Part shown: one piece after another, positions 27,387-34,464 of the stretch | Layout: each line of letters opens with the position of its first letter | How positions within the stretch are numbered: the first letter of the stretch is position 1 | DNA from: a virus | Taxonomy: Duplodnaviria; Caudoviricetes | DNA: 43,037 bases | Virus record (IMG/VR): IMGVR_UViG_3300049144_000060 | Span: 1-43,037 of that record | Reading direction: 5' to 3' (one strand) | Made by a program: the position numbers and the translations under genes | Notes under the pieces: generated by a model | What the model saw: only the letters and a program-made list of their open reading frames with translations | What the model was told of the DNA's origin: nothing | Databases searched by the model: none

Positions 27387-28223
27387 TCAGCAGCACGTCG
27401 AGATCCTCACTGCCGCCGCCTCACAGCACGCCACCTCGATCACGGAAGTGCGCTCGGCGAGGACGTACCGGTCATTCAGGCGGGTGTCGATGCTCCCGGC
27501 CTCGGTGGGCGGGATGATGTCGAGCGGCCCGCGCCGCACCCGCACGGGCCCGGTGATGTAGAGCCAGGCCTCGCCGTCGGGTGCTTGGGTGCAGGTCGGC
27601 CCGCCGACGTTCGTGGCGTAGCCGGCGCCCATCACCACGCCGTTGCCCATCAGCGTCTCGGGGCATTGGGTGTCGCGGGTGCGGGTGACGACGTTGCAGC
27701 AGCCCAGCAGCGCTGCCGCGCCGGCAGGGATGTGCAGGATGCCTTCGCCGCCGTAGTGCTCGGCCAGCCAGCCCTCCAGCGCGGCGATGCCCTGCGCGGC
27801 CGGCAACGCCCCCGACGCGGGGGTGAGGTCGTTGTCGGCGGCCATCGTGCACAGGGCGTTCATCATGAACCAGGATTCGAGGGCGCGCTGCTCGCCCATG
27901 CGGAGAGTTTCCGCAGCGTGCTCGACGGCCTCGTCGTAGGTCATGCCGAACGTGCTGCACGTGGACCCTGCGTATGTAGTCACCGGGTCGAACTCGCACA
28001 CCCCGGGCCGGTCGAAGATCTTCGATGCCGGGTTGGGCACGGTGGGGGGCGGGCAGTCCCGCTCCCACGTGTGGGTCTCCGCGCACGACAGCGGCACGAA
28101 CTGGGTGCCGTTCAGCTCGTGCAGATCGGTGACGTCTACGACCTCTACGCACCCGCCGAGGAGGCCGTAGGGGCTGGGATTGCCGCGGATGGGGGTTACG
28201 GTCTTGCGCATCCCTCCCGCCAT
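27387..28223 (-). CDS. second capsid protein (pentamer-type)
   Basis: Follows the major capsid gene; PYGL, F.P.T.YA...CS..G, E.RALE, LYITG.V...RG, N...VLAER; start may be 28232. Confidence 0.65.
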   Translation of the reverse strand: MAGGMRKTVTPIRGNPSPYGLLGGCVEVVDVTDLHELNGTQFVPLSCAETHTWERDCPPPTVPNPASKIFDRPGVCEFDPVTTYAGSTCSTFGMTYDEAVEHAAETLRMGEQRALESWFMMNALCTMAADNDLTPASGALPAAQGIAALEGWLAEHYGGEGILHIPAGAAALLGCCNVVTRTRDTQCPETLMGNGVVMGAGYATNVGGPTCTQAPDGEAWLYITGPVRVRRGPLDIIPPTEAGSIDTRLNDRYVLAERTSVIEVACCEAAAVRISTCC

Positions 28224-28249
28224 CTGCCTCACGCCCTCTCGCTGTTCGG

Positions 28250-28284
28250 GCGCAGCCTCGGCCGGCAGATGGCCGAGGCTGCGC
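28250..28284 (-). terminator. 14-bp hairpin after the major capsid gene
   Basis: GCGCAGCCTCGGCC-N7-GGCCGAGGCTGCGC. Confidence 0.7.
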
Positions 28285-28296
28285 GCAACGGGTGGG

Positions 28297-29943
28297 TTAG
28301 GCGGTCGGGCAGGCGACGGCGGCGCGCGGGCCGACGGAGCCGTCGGCGCACACCGGGATGGTGATGGCGCGAGCCTGGGGGCCGCGGTAGATGAGCGCGT
28401 TGCAGGACTCGAAGAAGAGGGCGGTCATGTCGTTGGTGCGCAGCAGGGTGCTGTCGTGCACGACACCGAGGTTGATCTCCGGGCCGCGGCCCATCTGGAA
28501 CGCACCGGCCGGGTAGAGCAGGGCCTGCACGGTGGCGGGCCAAGCGGTGGCGGGGGTCGTGTTGCCGATCTGGGTGGGGACGGCCGGGGGCAGGCCCTTG
28601 ACCCACTGGACGCGGACGCCGAGGTCGGCGAAGGCCTGCTCGACGCAGTTCTGGTTGAGGTCGCAGACGTTGACGCCGTCCCTGCGGGCGATGTCGGCGA
28701 GGAACATGTTGCGCGCCCAGTACGGCAGGACCAGCTCGAGGCCGATCCGCTCGCACAGGCTGAAGCGCTCGGTCATGTCGGCGATCTGCAGGGCGAGCGC
28801 CCCGTACACGGCGGAGAAGGAGGCGAAGCTGGTGGCGGTGGTGACGGGCGTGGCCTTCGTGAGGGCCTGCTGGTACATGGCGGCCTTGAGACGCATCTCG
28901 TAGGCGACCATGGCGCGGCGGATGTAGAAGGTGGTCAGCTCGGGGAAGAACCGCTGGGAGAGGATGCCGGCCTGGATGCAGGCGCCGTAGGCGGTGCAGC
29001 GGACCTCGACCGGGTCCACACAGGGGATCTTGAAGCACGGCTTGGTGGGGTCACCGTCGACCGCGCTGATGTCGTCGGCTTCGGTCCACACCCACGACAT
29101 CGCGGTGACGTCCAGCTCGGGCGTCATGTAGTAGCGCAGCCCGCCCCGGGACAGGTTGAGTTCGGGCAGGTCCCACAGGTTGTCCGGGCAGGAGATCTCG
29201 GTGAAGTCGTAGACGGTCTCCGAGGGGGCGCACCAGCCGCCCGAGGCGACGAGGTCGCCGCCCTTCAGACGCTTCTGGTCCGCGGCCCGCATCAGCTTGG
29301 TGGTGCCCTCCTCCGGAGACCCCGCATCGTTGATGATCAGGTCCTGGGAGAACGGCAGCTGGTACGACGCGGCGTAGGCCTTGCCGCCGCTCGCGACGAG
29401 CCCGGCGACCTTGGTGACGGACTCGGTCAGCCCGTCCATGTCCAGGGGCGCGCCGAGAGTGGCGCCGGGGACCTCGGCGGAGGCGACGATCGTGACGGCC
29501 GGGGTGCCGGACTGGGGCATCGGCTGGCGCGGCTGCCGCTCCCGCACCGTGGCGAGGCTGATGATCGGACGCCGCACGACGGCGGAGGACGCGGCGACCT
29601 CCTCGACGACCGGCTCCTCCTCGGTGGCGGGCTCGGCCGGTTCGTCCGTCTCGGCGGCGGGGCTGTCGTCGGTGTCGGTGACGGCTTCCTCGCCGAGGAC
29701 CTGGGCGGCGAGTTCGTCGAGTTCGGCGACGGCGGCCTGGGCGGCTTCGACGCGCTGGGTCTGCTCGGCGCGCAGCGCTTCGATGCCGGTGGCCAGCTCG
29801 CGCAGGGCGGGCAGGTCTTCGGTGGTGAGGTTGGGGTCCTGGCGCCGGGCGTTGAACGCCTCGACGGCGGCGGCGAGGGTGGCGTCGAGGTCCTCGCTGC
29901 TGAGGCTGGTGAAGTCGTCGGGAAGCTGGAAGGGCTCGGACAT
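28297..29943 (-). CDS. major capsid protein (hexamer-type) with N-terminal scaffold-like region
   Basis: AGGAG RBS before ATG29943; acidic coiled-coil N-terminus; LVASGGWCAPSETVYDF, LPE...RGG, KPC..IPC, DSTL..TND.TALF.E. Confidence 0.85.
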   Translation of the reverse strand: MSEPFQLPDDFTSLSSEDLDATLAAAVEAFNARRQDPNLTTEDLPALRELATGIEALRAEQTQRVEAAQAAVAELDELAAQVLGEEAVTDTDDSPAAETDEPAEPATEEEPVVEEVAASSAVVRRPIISLATVRERQPRQPMPQSGTPAVTIVASAEVPGATLGAPLDMDGLTESVTKVAGLVASGGKAYAASYQLPFSQDLIINDAGSPEEGTTKLMRAADQKRLKGGDLVASGGWCAPSETVYDFTEISCPDNLWDLPELNLSRGGLRYYMTPELDVTAMSWVWTEADDISAVDGDPTKPCFKIPCVDPVEVRCTAYGACIQAGILSQRFFPELTTFYIRRAMVAYEMRLKAAMYQQALTKATPVTTATSFASFSAVYGALALQIADMTERFSLCERIGLELVLPYWARNMFLADIARRDGVNVCDLNQNCVEQAFADLGVRVQWVKGLPPAVPTQIGNTTPATAWPATVQALLYPAGAFQMGRGPEINLGVVHDSTLLRTNDMTALFFESCNALIYRGPQARAITIPVCADGSVGPRAAVACPTA

Positions 29944-29971
29944 TGCCGTGACTCCTGGTGTGATCACAGGA

Positions 29972-30005
29972 GCCCGGCCCAAAACCAGCGGCGTATTCGA
30001 TTGTG
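29972..30005 (-). promoter_or_regulatory. late leader motif copy 9 (29972-29989) plus -10 CACAAT (alternative TAAGAT 30020-30015)
   Basis: GCTGGTTTTGGGCCGGGC, 28 nt before ATG29943. Confidence 0.8.
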
Positions 30006-30023
30006 GTGAAAGGAATCTTAGCT

Positions 30024-30062
30024 GCATGGGCGGGCGGTGAGCGTCAAGCCGCCCGCCCGTGC
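30024..30062 (-). terminator. hairpin terminator
   Basis: GCATGGGCGGGCGG...CCGCCCGCCCGTGC. Confidence 0.6.
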
Positions 30063-30066
30063 AAGG

Positions 30067-30336
30067 TTAGGACGAGGTAGCCGGTTCGGTCTCGTCGTTG
30101 GTGGTCTGCTCGACAGTCTCGGTGTCCGGCGTCGGGTCAGTCTCGGGTGAGGCGTCCGGGTCAGGCGCCAGCACGCTGCCGGGGTAGTTCCTGGAGACGT
30201 TCCGGGCGAGCGTCAGGTCATGCGTCTGAAAGGCCGTGCGGCCGGCGCCACCGTCGAGGACGACCTGGTACAGGGTGCGGGTGGGCCCGCTGCGTGCCCG
30301 GGAGCGCCCGCTGCTGCCGCACGCGCCGCACGCCAT
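30067..30336 (-). CDS. small hypothetical protein (MACGACG...)
   Basis: TGATG overlap; N-terminal CxxC. Confidence 0.7.
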   Translation of the reverse strand: MACGACGSSGRSRARSGPTRTLYQVVLDGGAGRTAFQTHDLTLARNVSRNYPGSVLAPDPDASPETDPTPDTETVEQTTNDETEPATSS

Positions 30337-30488
30337 CAGGCGCTACCCTTCGGTACTTCGCGGACCTCGCCTTGGTGCCGGCTGGCCATGGCGTCGGCGG
30401 TCGTCTTGTAGGGGGTGGGCCCGAACACGCGGGTGCCGTCCTTGACGACCTCGTACTGTGTCTTGTTCTTCTGGCAGGCGCATCCCAT
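30336..30488 (-). CDS. small hypothetical protein (MGCACQKNKTQYEV..., 50 aa)
   Basis: AAGGTG RBS; 3' part of ORF 30336..31040. Confidence 0.7.
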   Translation of the reverse strand: MGCACQKNKTQYEVVKDGTRVFGPTPYKTTADAMASRHQGEVREVPKGSA

Positions 30489-30493
30489 GGAAC

Positions 30494-30967
30494 TCACCTT
30501 TTCCGTGTCGAACCGCTGTTGGCGGCCTTCTCTTGCGCGTACTGCTGGGCCGCCCGTATGCGCGCCCGTTCGAGGTAGCAAAGGCGACAGCCACGTCGTC
30601 GCCCCTTCTCGTCCCACCGACAGTTCTCGATCACCGTAAGGTCGTGCAACCCAGAGCGGCAGCGGTCGAGCCGCTTCCGTCGGTGGTTCTTTTGCGGGGT
30701 TACCGCCTCTAGATGCTCTGGGTTGACGCAGAGCTTGATGCGGCACACATGGTCGACCTGGTACCCGTCCGGGATGGGGCCGACTATCTGCTCGTAGATC
30801 CACCGGTGGGCGTAGACCTTGCCGTCCGCCGTCCTTGTGCTGGCTTGGAAGCCGCCGTACTGATGGTTGCGGTTGCTTCCCAGTGTGGTGCCCTGCCACA
30901 TCCAGTGACCTTGCTCCTCGTTGACGAAGCGCATGAATCGCTGCATGGGGTCGATAGGCTTTCCCAT
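30494..30967 (-). CDS. HNH endonuclease
   Basis: W.W.G...YG.F...AHR..YE...GPIP.G..VDH.C....CVNP.HLE.VT...N. Confidence 0.9.
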   Translation of the reverse strand: MGKPIDPMQRFMRFVNEEQGHWMWQGTTLGSNRNHQYGGFQASTRTADGKVYAHRWIYEQIVGPIPDGYQVDHVCRIKLCVNPEHLEAVTPQKNHRRKRLDRCRSGLHDLTVIENCRWDEKGRRRGCRLCYLERARIRAAQQYAQEKAANSGSTRKR

Positions 30968-31085
30968 GTCCGTCCTCTCTCGCGGGATCGGGCCACACCC
31001 CCGGGCGATTGCCGTCGTCGCGGGGGCTTTGCCATATCACGATGCTAGGCGGGTAGATCGACTGACCAGAGCCGGTTTTGTCACA

Positions 31086-34000
31086 TCACGGCTGCACTCC
31101 TTCCTGCTGCGGTGCAGCACTGGCGGTCAGGGTGAGGCTGGTCGGCTCGACCAGAGCTGAGAGCGCGTCGAGTTCGGCGCGCATGCGCTCGCGTTCGGTC
31201 TGCCGCTGCTCGAACGCGTCCAGGAGTTGGTCGAGGGCGGCCGGATCCTGGGCGATGGCCGCAGTGAGCGTCCCCACGTCCCCAAGGGGCACCTCGTTGC
31301 CTGTGCGGGTGTGCACGGGTTCAGGCTCGGCAAGCGGAGTGGTGAGGGCGGCGGCAGCCGCGGTGATGGCGATGTTTGACCGGTCGATAACGGCCGCGAC
31401 CTGGTTGGCGCCAGACGCGGCGAGGCGGGATGGGTGCCCGGGGCCGGGTACGGACAGCACGGCCTTTAGCTGGTACGTGCCGTCGGTGGCCTGCGTCATG
31501 TGGTAGCTGGGCTGGCAGGCTCGGAACACGAGCCCGTCCCAGGCGGACAGCCAGTCCCCTGCCGCACCGGAAAACCACATGCCACCCTCGTTGATGCCGA
31601 CCGTCACGATCGCCCCAACAGTCCGAGAGTCGTCGAACTGGCAGGCGGCGGTTTCGCATTCGGCGCCGTCGCGGTGGTGGCCCACGTTCATCGTCATTGG
31701 CCCGACCGCGACCTCGGAGCCGTCGTCGAGGGTTAGCTTCGTCCGCAGGAAGTACGAGGTGTCGATGCCGCGCTGGGCGAGCTTGTCGATGGTGACCTTC
31801 CGGCCGTGAACCTCGTGCGGCACGCCAGCCTGGGCGACCCAGCCGTAGGCGCGGCCGTTGACGACGTGGACGCCTCCACTGTCGGGCGGCAGTTCCTCCT
31901 CGGTCGGCTCGCGGAACCACTCGGCCGGGAACGGTTCCTTGGCCTTCATCACCTGCATGGCGGAGGCTTCGAGCTCGCTCATGTCGCTGTCGTCGTCGCT
32001 GGTGTCGTCGTCCCACGGCGGTCGGATGCTCGGGTCGTCGAACGCTGTGGCCAGGCTTTCGTACAGGTCGTCGACGCGTTCGCGGATCTGGGCCTGCTCG
32101 TCCTGGGGGATGTCGACGCCGCCGCGCGCACCGGACAAGGCACCGGCCACGGCGTACACGCCGCTCGCGACGACCTCCAGCCGTGGGCCGTCACCCGTGT
32201 CGAAGACGTCGGCGAAACCGAGCTTGTAGGCGGTGAGGGTCGCCGGGTCGGCGTCTGGGTCGCGGTAGAGGAAGGCCCGGCCGAGCGCTTCGGCGTCGAC
32301 CGTGCCGTCGTCACCGGTGGCCCAGTCGAGGACGCGGGAGGCAGCGGCGTCGCCGTCCCATTCGGCGTCCCGGTCGGTGTGCACGGGCAGGCCGAGGTCG
32401 CCGGAGGCCGCCGCGATCATCTCCCCTTCGGGGATCGACGAGGGGGCGGTGTACAGGCCGCGGCCGATACGCAGGACCCGGCCGTCGCGGACGGCGTCCC
32501 GCAGGTGGCGTTTGGTCGTCGACACGGTCAGGCCGAGGGCGTCGGCGACCTCCCGCGCCCCGACCGGTACCGGCGACGTGCAGACGTGGCCGATGACCCG
32601 TTCGAGGTCGTCGCCCGCCGCTGCGGCTACTTCCGTGACCGGCTCGTCCTCGTCGGTCGGTTGCTCGGCGGTGGGGTCGGGGTCGAGGACGATGCGGGCG
32701 TTCGCGAACGCTGGCATGGCGACGAGGGTGGCACCCCTGACCCGGGCGCGGGTGATGCGCACGAGGAAGTCGCCCGAGTTCTCGGTGTGGACGACGGTCC
32801 CGGCCTGCGGGTTGTCGGGGTCTCCGGCTGCCGCGGTGAGCGCGCCGGGGAAGAGGGTGCGGGCGGTGTCGGCGGGGATGCGTCCGCCGGGCCCGGAGAT
32901 GACCGACGTTGTCCGGGTGCTGCGCTGCATTGCGGCGCCGGATGCGGTCCACTCGGGGGCACTGCTCGCGGTAATCATCCATCCGCCGTCGTCCAGGGAC
33001 ATAACGGATGCGCGGGCGTAGGAGGCGGTAGCGAGAACAAGGTCACCGCCCTCGCCCCCGCTCTCACCAGTGCTGGTGTTGTCGACCAACTCGATGCTGA
33101 CGTCGTCAAGGTCGACGGACACTCCGAGCGGCGCGCCCTGGTCGAGCAGCAGTTCCGCCTCGTATCCGGCGCGCTGCGTCAGGTACAGCACGCCTGTACC
33201 GGGGATGCGGTCGCCGTCGCGGTCGATGGTGTGGATGGCGCCGGCGAGTTCGGCGCCCATGTGCGCGCCGAGGTTCTCGTCCGCGTACTCCATAGGCCAC
33301 GGGCCGGCGCCGTCCCAGTACAAGGCGCCCTTGGCGAAGATCCGGCCGTCGCCGGTCTGCTGGTTCTCGAAGGCGAGCGCTGCGTCAGCTGGGGTCGACC
33401 AAGTGCGAACAAGTGGCGGGTCGTCCGCGGCGGCGGCGGTGGTGTGGGATTCGCGCACGGAGTTTCCCTCTCCTGCTGGGCTGGTGGCGGCGCTCTGCTC
33501 GGTGTCGGCCCGTGCGAGGGCGAGGACACAGCGGCAGTTGACGGTTAGGGCGGCTGGGGCGGTGGGGTCGCCGGGGTAGGCCATGTCGACGCCGCCCACG
33601 GTGAAGGGCTCGTCGAGGAGTTGCAGTTGGGCGTCGGCGTCGGCGTGCACGTCGCGGACGCGCTGGTCGTGGCGGGTGATCCACTGTTTGACGAGGGGCC
33701 GGTCCGGGCCGGTGAGCGCCTGCGCGGCTGCCAGGGTGGCCGCGTTCCAGGCGCGCGTGGACTCGGTGCGGGCGATGCGTTCCTCGCGGGTCTCGCCCAG
33801 CTGGGTGCCGTCGGCGGAGAGCAGGGCACGCAGCCGGGCCCGAAGCTGCTCGGTGTCTTCGCCTGCGTCGAGCCCTTCCGCGAGGGCAGTGATGGCGGCT
33901 TCGGTGAGCCGGTCACCGACGGCGCGCAGCAGGTGCTCAGTCTGCTCGGCGTAGTCGCCGAGGGATGGCGGGAGGGTGTCGTCGTCGTACCGGCCGGGCA

Positions 34001-34274
34001 GATCATCCCAGTCGTCAGGCAGCTCGGCGTCGACGTCCGTGGCGGCCTGCTGGCCTGCGGTTTGGGCGACGCGGAAGAGGCGCCGCATGATGCGCGGCAC
34101 CCGTTGCGCCCACATGGCGGTGATGCGGCTGAGGGAGAACCGGGCGGCGACGATCTCCGTCGCGTCCTCCAGCTCGGCGGCGATCTGGTCGGCGAGTTCG
34201 TCGAGGACGGCACGGACCTCGTCCGCTACCTGCTGCTCGCTCTCCTCCAAGAGCTGAGCGAGTTCGTCATCCAC
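31086..34274 (-). CDS. MuF-like minor head / capsid maturation protease fusion (1062 aa)
   Basis: GAGGAGG RBS, GTG start; K.W.T..D..VR..H...DP......NCRC (MuF); TGDGR.F, GVSVDLD, GATLV.MPAF (protease). Confidence 0.8.
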   Translation of the reverse strand: MDDELAQLLEESEQQVADEVRAVLDELADQIAAELEDATEIVAARFSLSRITAMWAQRVPRIMRRLFRVAQTAGQQAATDVDAELPDDWDDLPGRYDDDTLPPSLGDYAEQTEHLLRAVGDRLTEAAITALAEGLDAGEDTEQLRARLRALLSADGTQLGETREERIARTESTRAWNAATLAAAQALTGPDRPLVKQWITRHDQRVRDVHADADAQLQLLDEPFTVGGVDMAYPGDPTAPAALTVNCRCVLALARADTEQSAATSPAGEGNSVRESHTTAAAADDPPLVRTWSTPADAALAFENQQTGDGRIFAKGALYWDGAGPWPMEYADENLGAHMGAELAGAIHTIDRDGDRIPGTGVLYLTQRAGYEAELLLDQGAPLGVSVDLDDVSIELVDNTSTGESGGEGGDLVLATASYARASVMSLDDGGWMITASSAPEWTASGAAMQRSTRTTSVISGPGGRIPADTARTLFPGALTAAAGDPDNPQAGTVVHTENSGDFLVRITRARVRGATLVAMPAFANARIVLDPDPTAEQPTDEDEPVTEVAAAAGDDLERVIGHVCTSPVPVGAREVADALGLTVSTTKRHLRDAVRDGRVLRIGRGLYTAPSSIPEGEMIAAASGDLGLPVHTDRDAEWDGDAAASRVLDWATGDDGTVDAEALGRAFLYRDPDADPATLTAYKLGFADVFDTGDGPRLEVVASGVYAVAGALSGARGGVDIPQDEQAQIRERVDDLYESLATAFDDPSIRPPWDDDTSDDDSDMSELEASAMQVMKAKEPFPAEWFREPTEEELPPDSGGVHVVNGRAYGWVAQAGVPHEVHGRKVTIDKLAQRGIDTSYFLRTKLTLDDGSEVAVGPMTMNVGHHRDGAECETAACQFDDSRTVGAIVTVGINEGGMWFSGAAGDWLSAWDGLVFRACQPSYHMTQATDGTYQLKAVLSVPGPGHPSRLAASGANQVAAVIDRSNIAITAAAAALTTPLAEPEPVHTRTGNEVPLGDVGTLTAAIAQDPAALDQLLDAFEQRQTERERMRAELDALSALVEPTSLTLTASAAPQQEGVQP

Positions 34275-34464
34275 GATCGGCCTCCTCGAACTCCGGGTTG
34301 TCGTGGACCTCGCACCACGCGTAGGTCTCACGCCGGGTGACGCCAGCCCAGGTGAGGAGCAGCAGGTGGGAGACGAGCAGGGTGTAGGCCTTGCAGGTCT
34401 TGCACCATTGCGTCGTCGGGTCGCTCATGACGGGCGTCACCGTGAGCGGCGTCTGCCTGTTCAT
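34267..34464 (-). CDS. small CxxC...CxxH protein (65 aa)
   Basis: ATGA overlap with portal stop; WCKTC...WCEVH. Confidence 0.65.
   Translation of the reverse strand: MNRQTPLTVTPVMSDPTTQWCKTCKAYTLLVSHLLLLTWAGVTRRETYAWCEVHDNPEFEEADRG

Noticed and set aside
8178-29989. Dispersed 18-nt repeats as a CRISPR array or REP elements
   Set aside because: Copies are kilobases apart, one per gene start and single-orientation, with no spacers and no cas genes.
21204-33548. Long antisense or alternate-frame ORFs (21204..22742+, 22297..24633-, 28180..30009+, 31806..33548+)
   Set aside because: Shadow ORFs expected in stop-poor high-GC DNA over genuine genes.
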